A stretch of 64,000 nt of DNA from Tubulanus polymorphus (taxonomy: Eukaryota > Animalia > Nemertea), in NCBI RefSeq assembly GCF_964204645.1, contig NC_134028.1, positions 1,612,001 to 1,676,000 of the forward strand, in the 5' to 3' direction. The notes beneath the pieces are model-generated. The model was not told the origin of the DNA and searched no databases. It was given only the letters and a program-made list of their open reading frames with translations. This document shows positions 42,133-55,370 of this stretch, one piece after another. Every line of letters begins with the position of its first letter. Position 1 is the first letter of the stretch. The position numbers were made by a program, and so were the translations under genes.

Positions 42133-45100
42133 GTTAAATCAATTTCACAACTGTAAAATTGGTCCTCGATTCCATAGCTGTTTGATCTCAGAAAACTTGT
42201 TCCCAAAATCATGTTTCCCATTTCTCGTAAACGCACACGACGCAGGGAAACGCTCGGAAACATGTTTCTGTTTCCTGTTTCCATGTTTCCCTATGTCGTG
42301 TGTGTAGGGCTTTAGGGGTTCAAATCAATGAAAACTGTAACCCTGAGTTGAAACATACTCGAACTCGGTTATTCCCTGGAAGGAAAAAATCCTCCATTAC
42401 AGTTTGGAGTGCGAAAAAATGAGTCGTGATATAAGCCGAACCCCGAATCCCGTTAACAAGATAATCCGTGCTAGTAAGTCCGATTGTCGATGAGATTAAA
42501 AAACAAACTCACTAGAACGGCTTAATCATAGGTGTCCAGGTTTTATCACATTTAGCAGACTTCCAATCAGAATCAAGAACCAATAATATCGCAACGAACT
42601 GATTTATCAAATCTATTCAGAGTCGGGTAGATCGATCAATATACTACTAACTAAACAGCAGAAATAATACTCCGACGAAAATAACCGACTAACTGATCTA
42701 GTCAAAACCATTAAGGAAAAGACATCATCTACAATTACAGCGATTGGTCAGTTACAGCCAGTTACAGCGACAAATAAACTTCCCTAACTCTTTCACTGAC
42801 CTATAAACTATAACTTCTATAACATCCTGTGACTGTGGACAGTTTGAGAAGAGAAATTGCATAAATGAAATGACATTATGATCTGATATAGGCCAAACCA
42901 ATAAAATAGATGAAGTCAGGCCACAGAAAAAAGTTAGCAGTTGGGAGAAAAGAGAAAGTTTTGTTCGAACCCGATAACAGTTCAGCTTGATCAAATTGAC
43001 GGTTTGATGCCGGCTAACAAATACTAATACTAGTCACTGGTCCTTCACACCTAAATGAGCTGATTATGAAACTAATCTTCAGATAGTACAGGTTACAACA
43101 AACAATGAACTATCGAAGAATTGGTATTAATTGAATAATCAGTTCACTGGACTTAGACCGAGGGGATCGGCAAATTGGTCAGCGAGCCAAGCTTGAGGTC
43201 AGAGAAAGCACATGTAGTATGGTCAGTTGCACATCGCGACTGAGACCTTCGCGCACACACATGGTCAAGCCACTGCCACTAAAACCTTGCAGGTTTTTGA
43301 ACCCGATGGCATTGTGAGACTGTTTGTTATGACAGGGACACCGCAATTTGGCCTGTGCCAGATAAGGCCCTAACTAACCGTATGCACTAGATCGTACATA
43401 ACATCGGACCAGGCCCATCCCAAATTTGAGTAAATTAACTGCTTGTTAATTGCAACTGATTGTGATTCACCTCAATTGTCACAGCACCGTTTAGTATTAA
43501 GTGAGGTGAACTTCTTACTGACCCATGCCAAAATCTTCTCCATACGATCGTGGCTCTTGACTTAACACAATATGGACCCATTCTGCTTTGTAAAGCGATC
43601 AGATTTCCTCACATATACAAGTATATTCTAGTAGTAATCATCGAATAAATGAAAATTCCAATTCTGATTGGCTACTAATCATATCAATGTTGGAATGGAA
43701 ACGCGATCTACTATAGCAGGGATTCGTAGTTAATCCGAAGATTCGAATCACTTTTCGAATTCCTGCGAGAGAGGACAAATCGCGAGGAAAGTATCGGGAT
43801 TCGAAAACGTCATAATCTAATTTCGTTTATCTACGGCAAGACATGACTTACATTTTAACACGACGACTAAGAGGACTAGGGCAGCACGAGAGGCAGTCAT
43901 CTCACATGTGTATGTGTGTGTGTGTGTGCGAGTGTGTGTGTGCGAGTGTGTGTGTGCGAGTGTGTTTAATGACGACAAATAATGAACGAAACCAAATAAA
44001 TCTCAATAACATGAAATTATCAGCAAAAACTAAAATACAGATGATAGTTGTAACTGGTGGTGCGCGAGTGCTCGATTTATTCCAGCGTAAAATCAACGTA
44101 ATGATGTCGTCAGATTGTGTTTAATGAAAATCTAACTGCACGCTTATTTTTCGGTTTAGTAAACGGTTTCTGCCGAGCGAAGTTAATTAAGTGACTTTGC
44201 CGGGTGAAATCAGCTTATAACTGGCTTACACGCAGATACGGCGACGATGCTCCCTAGAACTGTTCAAACCCGCAGTTCATCGTCGCCTTCCTCGTCGCCG
44301 TCCTCGTCGTCGTAAATTCGGTTTAAGTCAACTGAATTTTCGAAATGAAGAAACGTTCAAAAGAAAATACCGACGTCGCAGGAGTATAATCTCGCGCCGA
44401 CTTGACGGTTTTAAAATAATCAATTGATTAAACTTTTTTCTTTTCTTAAAGGGCAAATTCAGACAATAGACGAGACTGACTGATATAGAGAAGGGCAACT
44501 TATTACAAGCCAGATAGGTTACTTGGACAGCCGCGATCACGAGCGTTTTTGGTCCAGGTGGACTATTTACACAGACCAGGCCTGAGTCAAATTGGGTCGT
44601 GTCGCTTAGGCCAGACCAGAAACATCGGACCGAGCCTGAACCAAATTTCAGTACGGGTCATCCAAAAACTCGACCGCAGATCCACCAGAAAACAGGCTTC
44701 AATCTTTCTTAATCAGGGCATTATCTAAGTGTCGACTATCCGAACCAATCGGTGGAGATTAAACGTCCCGGAAATCTAAGTTCCCTTCCACCAGACACGA
44801 GACACAGGTAACGATGAAAATATGTAAATGAACCCGCTACCGGTAATCCCGTCTTCAAATTTCATAAGATTTCACTCTGACAGTATCGGAGTCATTTCGA
44901 TACTTCGCGACTATTGCCGAGATGAGTCTACGATTGCATGACGACCTGTCAACTGATCGTTCATAATTTTCATCAGATTGAATTTATGTTCCGATGTTGA
45001 ATGTCATCGCCCGCGCTCTCGCGCGATCTTCTCATTTCCACCTGTCATTATTTTTAAGGGCTCGACGACGCGCGCGCCCGCGTTCTCACAATCTCACGTG

Positions 45101-47531
45101 TGTAATATTGAGAGAATCGCAAAGTCGTCCTCGTACAAATCCCGATACCGAAGCGCGTCCGGTTTTTATCCTTCCCTCGACGCCGCATCACACGGAATTT
45201 TAAAACCGATTCACGCCGATTCACGTCGATTCCAGGCGGTAAATTAATAGTATTTATTACCGATGACAGGTCAGGATATGCTCGTTTACGACTTGTGAAT
45301 CTTCACACTCGACGCGATTAACATCGTTAATACTTAATTCTGAAATTCTACCCCCTTTACCCGGAATCGTGCAAACCTCACGCCGGGGACAACAGTCAAA
45401 GACATCGCACATTGTTGATGAGTCACTCGGAACTGATGGTCAGCTCTTCCATAAGTCAAGAGACATTCTACAAACTGTTTTAGTAGAAAACTGAATGAAT
45501 TATTCAATTCAATCCATAGACATCGAAGGGGGTGTGGCAAGGGGTGCAAGTGTACCCTCTTTGTTCATTTTGGCACACTCGTTTTTCATAAGTCAAGATA
45601 CATTCTACAGACTATCTTAGTGTTTTAGATCAGTGTACGAGCAATTATCTCATTTAGATAATGGCTCGTAGGTTTAGTGTAGTATCAAGTGCGTGGTTTG
45701 CATGTGAACGCGTTCTGGCCACGGGCCCGCATTTGACTCGGGGCCTGATCCGGGCCAATTTTGCCCAGACCAAATCGGCTTACAAAACTATCCAGACAGT
45801 CAAACGGTAACTACAATCAGCAGCGTATTGAAATGTGACGTGTTGAGTCGACGAAAGTTTTTTTTTCGTGCATCAGTCGAATGTTGTCTACGCAGGAGAT
45901 TATAGAAGAACAATACACAAGCCGATACTGTTTTATAATAGCAAAACTGAGCAAAGCGAATAGCAAAACTGACAAAGAACAATCTTTTCATTTATACACA
46001 CACACCCCGAACACACAGATCTTTGTGATATGCTACAATGGTCATTATGAGCTATTGCCTAGCAACTCGTACTAATCCTGTAGTTTCTCTTTTCACTCAT
46101 TAATTAATGAAATGCAGAAAACGCAGTCGAGTATACAGAAGCTCTAGGAGAAGTTGTTTTCACCTCCTCGACGACGGTGGTGGTGGGCGCCGGTGCGGAG
46201 GGAGTCGCTCGAGCCCCCGATAGACAACATCCAGATCAAATCAGACACAAACATATTCCATTAGTGTATTAAAGAAGACCGCTAAATTCCGGCATCATAT
46301 ATATATATATATACACTTATAGAGCGAACACCCCGGTGAAAATATAATCACGGATAAGTCAGTGAACACTTTCCCAACTTGTCAACAGACCAAGGACGGA
46401 TCTAGACTTCTTTGAAAGGGGATGGACCTGAAGATTGGAATGAGCACTCAATTTGAGATTTGGCAATAGGAGGGCTGCAAGTGCTAAACATTGGTCGGGG
46501 TTCTGGTGGCCCTCCAACAGTTTGGGACATGAAAGGGCTTTTCCAGTCCTTATCACACCCTGTTTGGATTTTTGAAATTTCCTTTGCGAAGAAGAAATCT
46601 ATGCAAAATAATCACGAGATATGAAAAAAGTATCGTAACCCATTTTTTGTAAACGCAAGAAATACGAGTTCAAAATGCATTTTTACGGCTTATAAAATTG
46701 AATTATTCAAATATCTTCAAGCGAATTTCACAGTATAGATGAGATATACATATCGAGTATCACATACTTTAAATGGAGATACGACCGACCGACTTATCTT
46801 CTCAAATTTCATACGCAATGTTCTCGTATAAATTATAACATTAGCCGCCGCACGAAGAAAATCTGCTGCTTAAAGGTGTCATGAAAAATGTATCCGCGAC
46901 AATATTGATTCATTACAGAAAATCACAATTACGCATTTGTCGCATGAATATTTCATACGATGGCTAAGCGCAGAATGAAAAGAATAGTTAAGTTTTGTTT
47001 TTTCTAAGAGTCAGCTATCTGCTGACAGAAAGCACTTTGGTATTCAGTGAACACTTGTGACTAGCCATGCAGTCAATTCAAAAACTAGCGGATCATTCTT
47101 GACTTTCTCACTGTCACGCTCTCTCTCTCTCTCTCTCTTTCTACACTTTCTCAGCTTTGCCTCATGTGACAATCACTTATTCTCGAACAACGATAAACAG
47201 TACAGGATATATTTTTGCGTAGCGATGGTTTGTAAAACATATCGTGCGAAAGATCGAATCAAAGTTAGAAGGGAAAGCACACCTTTTCTATAAAGAGAGA
47301 TCTGAGCCTTGCCCTCTATACCTGATTCCACTATTTGATTTCAACTCAAAAGAGCTGAATCATTACTTTCAAATCTTAAGCACGCCACACATTACGCACT
47401 TTCTTCATGATTTGTTGACGATTTTCATTGCAGCAAATTTGCTATAATATCACCTAGCGCGCTGTGGGCCGACAAATGGTCGCTAGTGATGGGCTAGAAC
47501 GTATCGGCATCGAGCAAGATCTGCATTAAAT

Positions 47532-47882
47532 CTCACTAACTAGTCCAACCTCACTTACTGCTCTAACCTCACTGACTAGTCCAACCTCAGACTGCTCTAA
47601 CCTCACTGACTGCTCTAACCTCACTGACTGGTCCAACCACACTGACTGCTCTAACCTCACTGACTGGTCCAACCTCACTAACTAGTCCAACCTCACTTAC
47701 TGCTCTAACCTCACTGACTAGTCCAACCTCAGACTGCTCTAACCTCACTGACTGCTCTAACCTCACTGACTGCTCTAACCTCACTGACTGCTCTAACCTC
47801 ACTGACTGGTCCAACCTCACTAACTAGTCCAACCTCACTGACTGCTCTAACCTCACTGACCGGTCCGCCCTCGCTGACTGGT
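47532..47882. repeat. 18-bp minisatellite, ~19 copies
   Basis: Unit CTCACTGACTGCTCTAAC / CTCACTGACTGGTCCAAC. Confidence 0.93.
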
Positions 47883-49482
47883 CGAGTGAAATAAACAAAT
47901 AGTTTCATATTCGAAGGGCAGAATAATATATGGCTAACAAACTGAGAGCCGTGCAGGAAAATATCAAAGTGGTAAAGATCAAAGGCTACCGATATACACG
48001 CTATATGGGTTTCACAGCATGTCACAATATTGTTGTGCGATTCCTGACAACTTTTGCCTGAAAATGCCGTCGAACGAACGAACGAACGAACGAAGGCAGT
48101 CAAAAAGAACTGTAACCGATGAAAAATATCAAATCTTGATACATCACGAGGAAAACGACGAGATCAAAGCGAACCGTTCACTTCGACACCAGGCGAGCTG
48201 AAGAGCAACTAATTACTGATCGTGCACAGGTTTTCAGTAAATCTATGAACCTGCCAGTTAGACGACGACGAGACGGCGACGAGCCGCTGCTGCGGCTGCT
48301 GCTGCTGATTTCACGTCATTAGGAACACCTTTGTGCGGTGACCAGCCAAATGATAAACAAATTCATCAATACACACCTTAGTAAAAGCGGAAATTAATCT
48401 ACATAACCACCAGTTCTTATTGCTTAATGAGATGTTCAACTAAACGGTGTCTCTGAAAGTCGAGAGACTTTCTCGATATAAATCAATTTGTATCATTAAT
48501 CAGATCTCTCTCTTTCTATACGTGTAGTATGTAATCAACTCTCTCGTATTATTGCCCCAAAAAAAAAATGATACTCGACAAATCTCTTTTTCAAGCCTGT
48601 CTAAGGTCGAGGCGCATTTCATTTCCAGATTTGCGACGATTTCTGTACGTAATACATATATAAATATCTTATTACATTGAACACCGAAATCAATTTCCGT
48701 GTATATTAAAAAAGTATATATGTAATATATATATATATATATATATGATGTAAAATGCGTAATAGACTAGTAATTTATACCCAGTCGAGCAATTCGCGAA
48801 TGAAAAAAATCTTAACTCCAAAATGGAAGCAAACGTTCAAAATTAGCTCAGTCAAGAATCCGGCGGTTGACAATTATCTGAGTCGCCGCATTCCTCGACA
48901 TTCCGCGTAAACATCGACTCAGTAAAGTACACGGCTTAAGAAAAGTTTAAGTAAAACGTTCTACGGGACAATGAACGATGGTATAATAATAATAGAGGCA
49001 CATATGCCACGGCTATTAGTTTGCCAGCCAATCATTTATACTAGCAGGAAACGATTTACTCGAGCAGTAAGCAGGTAGCAATTAGGGAGCACAACACTGA
49101 CAAGGCTAAATAGCTGAAATGGGAGATAATTTCGCAAAATAAGCAGTAAGATTAGGCTTTTGCCACCATTGGGGGGATGATCGAGTCCGCGAGGTTTGAA
49201 TTATAGGTGCATCACAGCAATAAAACTGTCGCAGCTAAGCGCTCGGTGAAATTATGGTTGTCACAATATTTTACTCTCATTCGATCTAGCGTCGACTGAT
49301 CTCGTCGTCGTAACGCGGTTAGAAAAAATACCAGTCAGAAACGTCTTCTAAACATCTCCCGCGCAATCGGCGTTTCGATTTCTTAAAAATTCTAAAAAAT
49401 GTTTGCTTTTTATCTCACAACAAACGCAGGACAGGTGCGAGACGATTCCATATTTGAGAATTAAAGCGAAATTTGTACTCAC

Positions 49483-49580
49483 CAAACTTCCAACAGGAGT
49501 AGCACCATTTGTATATGGATATGAAGTAACAATATAGTTTGGCAGGGGACCAGGCCTGTCAACGGAAGGATCTGATTTAC
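49483..49580 (-). CDS. Tcf: TCF coding exon 3
   Basis: Acceptor TTACAG|, donor TTG|GTGAGT; 98 nt, phase 1 to 0, compatible with both neighbours. (G)KSDPSVDRPGPLPNYIVTSYPYTNGATPVGSL contains the TCF-type PYxNG..SL motif. Confidence 0.88.
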
Positions 49581-50524
49581 CTGTAACAATAAAAACATAA
49601 CCAATGATTCATATAATCAACTCGAAGAGAAAGAGAAGGTATGGGAGAGAGAAGGAAGAGGCGGTTAGGGAAGACCTACGAGCACGGTTTAAAAAAAACT
49701 GAAAAAAACCTTCTCGCTATAGAAGCCCCACCCTGAAGACTATAAGAACATGATCTTAGTGTGATGATTAAAAGATTCAAAATCGCTGCTGAACGTAAAG
49801 GTTAAAGATGTTTTTTTTCTTCGCATTAATAGGAAATGAATTTTTTTTTTTTCAAAAAGTATAAGCTTTCACTTTCAGTTACGTTCAATTACTATACAGG
49901 AAAAGCAATTTCCATAGAAAACAGATTATCTAGATTGTAAGACATGAACTCATAGTCGTATTTCAGCTCGATCATTTCTGTTTTTAGACAGCTGATTCTG
50001 CCCGTTATCAGATGGAAAATCGGTCAGATCCGATCTGCGAGGGGTTCTTTTAGCGGAGGAGGCAAAATATAGAAGCGAAAAAAAAAAAACATCACCGGGT
50101 TCTAGTTTCAGAACGCTGAAACTAAAGAACCAATAATGCAGCTCCCGACACAGCCATCAACAATAGTGACGTGCTTGCAGTGTACCAACCGGTTTTTCAA
50201 TACATTTTCTAAATGAATGAATTTACCTGTCTAGCGCATGAGTCAATACAGTTAAGAGCTATGGCACAGATGAGCATATTGATTGCAAATGAACGACAAA
50301 ATCACAAACGCGGATGTTTCCACCATTGCGACAACATCGCGCGAGACCAAGCCAACTGTAATCATTATACCTCCAATATAGCAAGTCGACCCTATCGCTA
50401 TATTTCCGGTCAAGGTACGAGGCTCATTTTCGCCGCGATCAACTTCAAGATGTTACATTTCCATGCGATAAATGATATAAATTCTGCCTAAGTTGCAGAT
50501 AACGATAATCCTATTTTTCACCAT

Positions 50525-50952
50525 CAGGGTTCGTACAGATCAATCATTCTTGGGTGTAAGGAGTTTTTAAGGAGAAAATTTCAGAGCCAGAGCCTAAATC
50601 ACTTTTATATCCAATTAGACTACTCCTAAATCGGTACTGTTTATCTCGGTAAACCATCAAATTCAGTGGTTTTGTAAGACAATTTCTATCGCTAACACGA
50701 CAAAAAAAAAAACGTTTCTAATTTGGTAACCGCCTAATTGGGGTAAAACCAAATCCAAGTCCAAACTGCATCGATTTATTGATAGCCTGGTTCACTGTAC
50801 AAACTAAACAAAACATTTCTAATTGCATATTTCTCAAAATTGAAAAATTTTCTAGCATCTTGCTCAGATAAAAGGAGTTCTAAGCACCTTATAAAAGCAT
50901 TTTCTGTATTTGAAAGGAGGTTTTAAGGAATGAAGGAGTTGTAGGGACCTTG
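50525..50952. mobile_element. Old hAT-like MITE
   Basis: CAGGGTTCGTACA ... TGTAGGGACCTTG termini with repeated subterminal AAGGAG motifs; no TSD seen. Confidence 0.45.
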
Positions 50953-53900
50953 CAAGTGTTCTACTGTTGATATAAGCATCTAATACAGTTTTATCAAAAA
51001 GTCATAATTAATACGACGAAAGGAATTCATTGATCGAACGAACGGTAGTTTAAAAACGTAGTCGGTGTTTGTCCTGCGGCACAATTTACAGGTTCGCTAT
51101 ATCAACGAGGAGAATTCTTTCTCGTAGATGATTAAGGTGGACATTCCAGCTACATTAGTCAACAAACTCAATATAAAGTTCAATGGGAGGAAATAGTCAC
51201 AACAGAATTGTCATCGATTATCTGAACCGAAAAACAAGTTAACATGGACGATGGCAACCTGAACAGACCGACATCAAAACATCCACGTGAGACATCTAAA
51301 GAACAGTTGACAGTTTCAAAAATGTCTCATAGCCTTCATTTTATCCTAAAGAATCATGTATGTCGAGACGATACACGGAAGGTCGCAGCTCTTCAAAAAA
51401 AAAAAATGTCGAATATTTCATGCAGATTGCGTGAATCATGGGCCCTGAATATGAGTTACATGCCTAATTGTGTCAGTCACAATTCAAATCTGTGGTTATT
51501 ATCGAAACTACCGCAAAATGACCATCCGGGGGTCATTATCATCACAGAATGATTGACCAATATCATATAGACCTATTATTTATGTATCGGGCCTAATTTC
51601 GCAAATGTTGGATTTTCTACTGCCAAAAGTACAAAATAGTTCAACAAAGTTACACGTTATGATACGAAATTTCCCTAGCCATATGTGAATGAAATGTCAG
51701 TTTACTGGCACATGTTCTAACTGAAAGTTAGCGAACTCAGACCAGACGTGGCAACAGCTTTACTTGCGGGTTTATAAGTCATTTCGGTACAAAATCAACG
51801 CACATGTTCAACTAATCGATGATACAACACTGATGACCGTTCGACCGATGGTCTTAACTTGCCATGTAGAACAGTTATAACGACAGTTTTAACTGTGTGG
51901 CCACGCAGGTCAGACCCCTGTGTAGATATGTCCCTGTTGAGTGAGGATAGGACTCAGCGTGAAGCCCGCTGAATACTTAAACCGTACGCATTAAGTTGAA
52001 TATGATGAAGTTTTGTGATGTACAGAAACATCTGTATGTAAATAACTGATGAAGATTGAGTAGAGACATTTCCCTCAATACAGAGAACTAATTTGTAAAA
52101 CATCACAGGCATGAAAAAATCAATCGGCTTGCATGCCACCGAAATCTACTTCTCAAACTCTTTTAAAAAACAACCAAATTCCTGCAAATAATTTGATGAA
52201 TCTGGTGGATTTTAAAAACTGTGAAATCCGAAGAATTCTATGAAAGGCTATTCGCAGATTCTTCCCGGAGGCAGGTTGAACGGAATATAAACAAGAAATA
52301 CCAACAACAAACAATTCTAAAAGGAACTAACACAGACTAGTCCGAGAGTAGTCGTCTGTTTATAAACAATATTTGTCGATGTTTTACGAAGGTCATAAAT
52401 CGTGCGTGCCCTTAAAACCATAAAATCGATTGTTAATAATTGTATCGACGTTCGAAGCCTGTAATGACCATAAAAGTATGTAGCGTTCAAAAAAAACTAT
52501 TTAGGTCATCAAAATACTAAGGTCAAGCAGATCAATAAAACTACGAGTCTCAAAATGAATTGAAAACATATGAATCAGTTTGAGATGATTTATAAATTCT
52601 AAGTTTATTCCATATTACGGTATTTTGCGATATGATACAATATCAATATATGTATATCTCGTACAATCTGCCTTATAGGCATACGTGTAATAATATATCT
52701 AATAGTTCAAATTTGGCCCTACGAAACGTGCCAAAACCTCCGCGGGTTTTAAAACACTTCTACGAATTTCAATAGGTAGCCTGACTAATACAGTATATAA
52801 ACACGACGACGCTAAGCCTTGCACTCGCTAACCTACTGTACTAGATTACAGTATACTACACTACTCTACAGAGAACTCTCTATAAAGCTAAGCGTCCATT
52901 CTTTTTCTACTTTCAGACTAAGAACGGAATTCAATGGGTTTATAGATCTGTAAAGCTCTCAATGTATTTGTGGCTATTGCGAGTGACCCGGTTTTTCTAT
53001 TTAGCCATACATTCCGGAAGCTAGATACGAATGCAACGTTGCTCTCCCCCTAAAAGGATGACTGACAACAACAACGCCGACGACGAATAATGCATTTTAA
53101 ACCGGCCTCTTTAGCGTTCATCTATAGCGGAGAGATTCTCGGCAGGTCCCCGTCGTACGGTGGGCTGTATGAGTGAAAATCGTCGAGGTTATATGATATT
53201 CCTGTAGTAAGCTACTACTTACTACACGATCAGTTCATATATAATCTTCTTCAGCAAGAAAAAATAGCGGCGTTAGTGAGAAATGGGAGATGGCGCGAAG
53301 AATCAACTTTTAGCTTTTACAGCCAGGGGAGAAACCCGACCAAACTATCGCTAAAGACTCCGTGATTACCTGTAATCATCTTTAATATGATTTTTCTCAT
53401 TGCTGAACGCAGTTGACCTGACCCCGACTGAGAGTTAGATTGATCGCGCAGCAGCACATGTGAACCAGTGCCAGTATCAGTCGTAGTCAATTTGATCTAC
53501 GAGTCGACGCAGCGACCAAACAGCGCGACCAAAACTGATGATCTCATAAAATATCTTTTCTACAACCGAAACCCCGACTGCGTATTACTGAACCCCAAAT
53601 ACCCCGGGTACCCTTAAATATTTACTATCATAAAGTTGAAATGCCAGGAGATGACTAGGTACAATAACGCAGAACAGGTTTATCTATAAACCTGAAAACT
53701 GGCAGATTACAATCTGTCGTATAGTGCCTTCGTGATACACGACAACATTGATGATTGAATACAAGCTTTCCTACCAATAATTGACCAACTGGGGGTAAAC
53801 CAACGATAACAGTGCAGAGATATACGTGTGGCAGCCATATTGAATAAACCATTCATTTCTGAGTGCGTTCAAACATTCTGGAAAAGTTCAGCTGTCAAAC

Positions 53901-54725
53901 GTAATGAGTAATTCAAATCATTACAACAGCCCATGCTGGACACTATCTATAGCAATAATGAAACATCTAACTAAGTTTTGATCTAACCAAGGAACAATTT
54001 GACTCAAAATCAGTTTACCCATCATTCAGGCTCAGATTCCAATGTCAACTGGGCCTAACACCTATAGGCTAGGCCCAGGTGACTTTTTCCTTACCAGACT
54101 TTGCCGGCAGACCTATAAACTTAAAGGCCTTGAGTAATAGCTGGAATGATATGTGATTACTTGGTATCGAGCTTCGGCCTGGGCATATAGGCCCTAACTA
54201 CTCAACATAATAGTATTGTTGTATCTAGGTTTCCATGGTTACAGGGATTTCCGATTAGAGAAGCAGCCCTAAAAGAACTTAACTCAGCCTCACCTAAACA
54301 GGTATAAGATCAGTCGACAGGTTTAACTTGGCAAGATTAAAACTTAGGCACCCAATGAATTTTGCATTTGATAACATATTTTGAGACACAATTTTACCTA
54401 CAGCCGGTCGGCGTGCAGGACTACGGGCTTTCTATTGATCGGGCGAATGCAGGGAAGTTCGATCTCATCAAACAAGCAAAAAGAGTTAAAAGAACTGCAA
54501 CTTCACAAGAAGTCGAAAAAGCTTACAGCGTTTAGTACTGTAGGGATAGGTGTAGACCTGTACTGTACACATCGTATAGGCCTGCGCCATACACACGCTA
54601 TTACTGACACAACCAACATAAAGAGTAGACAAAGCATATTAGAGGGGGATAGATATAGATCTAAGGGCAGTTCTAGGACTCGACTGTCGGCCTGGCGGTA
54701 GGATACGATAAGACGAAAAACTTAC

Positions 54726-54804
54726 CATCTCGATTTACGTTCACAGTTCCCTCGTCCTTTTCCGAATAGCCCGGACCCTGCTGATGTATAGTCGAGGATT
54801 TCTC
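54726..54804 (-). CDS. Tcf: TCF coding exon 2
   Basis: Acceptor TTTTAG| after a 92-bp intron, donor ATG|GTAAG. Open in frame: EKSSTIHQQGPGYSEKDEGTVNVNRD+G (79 nt, phase 0 to 1). Confidence 0.85.
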
Positions 54805-54896
54805 CTAAAACGACACGACGATTCAAACATGAGATCTAAATCTTACCGTCGCGATCCACTACATCAACACTCATCATCACATATAGCAGGCCCTAC

Positions 54897-55049
54897 CTCT
54901 TCGGTTTCGGTGACAAGTCCCAATTTATCCTCGGATAAATAGTTCTCCGATGAACGTTTTTCATCTTCGCCTTCGTCTTTGTAGACTTTGACCTCGTCGG
55001 TTGAAGCCAGATCGTCGCCTCCACCACCGCCGCTGCTCACATGCGGCAT
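54897..55049 (-). CDS. Tcf: TCF/LEF (pangolin/TCF7L2-like) coding exon 1, beta-catenin-binding domain
   Basis: Translates [51 protein letters not shown], the TCF N-terminal catenin-binding motif (DxLxxxDEVKVxKDEG...EDKxxLV). ATG at 55049; donor GAG|GTAGGG; 51 codons, phase 0. Confidence 0.96.
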
Positions 55050-55119
55050 TATTGACGTCAAAGAACGTCTTTAACAACAGTAGAATTCTCGCTGCAAGTA
55101 CGGATGAACACGTTTTATC

Positions 55120-55370
55120 ATCGTAGCCGCCATGAAAATGTCCCCGCTGTCGAAATCAAAGCCAGGAGGAAGCCATTGCTCTCCGGGGCAAGCGAACGGC
55201 CAATCACAGAAGCCGTTACAAACGCGCCTCGGTTGCGCGCTGTCCCTATTATTATTCAAAGTAAACGCCGAACATCAAAGGACAAAGCGCCGTTTGATTG
55301 ACAGGCGGTGGAGTATTGTCACGTCAATCATCAATCCGATCATTGGTGGTCGTGGCCGATACTGATGAAC
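55120..55370 (-). promoter_or_regulatory. TCF proximal promoter (CpG-rich)
   Basis: Immediately upstream of the ATG. Contains CCAAT 55200-55204, a second CCAAT (ATTGG ~55343), the PBX-PREP/MEIS decamer TGATTGACAG 55295-55304, YY1-like GCCGCCAT 55126-55133, and TCF sites at 55155, 55255 and 55274. Confidence 0.7.

Larger units (their letters stand above)
3453..49482 (-). other. Tcf: ~46 kb TCF intron 3 (assuming no hidden exon)
   Basis: GT..AG boundaries join exon 3 (phase 0) to exon 4 (phase 0) in frame. No recognisable TCF coding sequence was seen in between. Confidence 0.8.

Noticed and set aside
47587-48103. VSEVRA / VRLEQS repeat ORFs
   Set aside because: Translations of an 18-bp minisatellite; no evidence of exon status.
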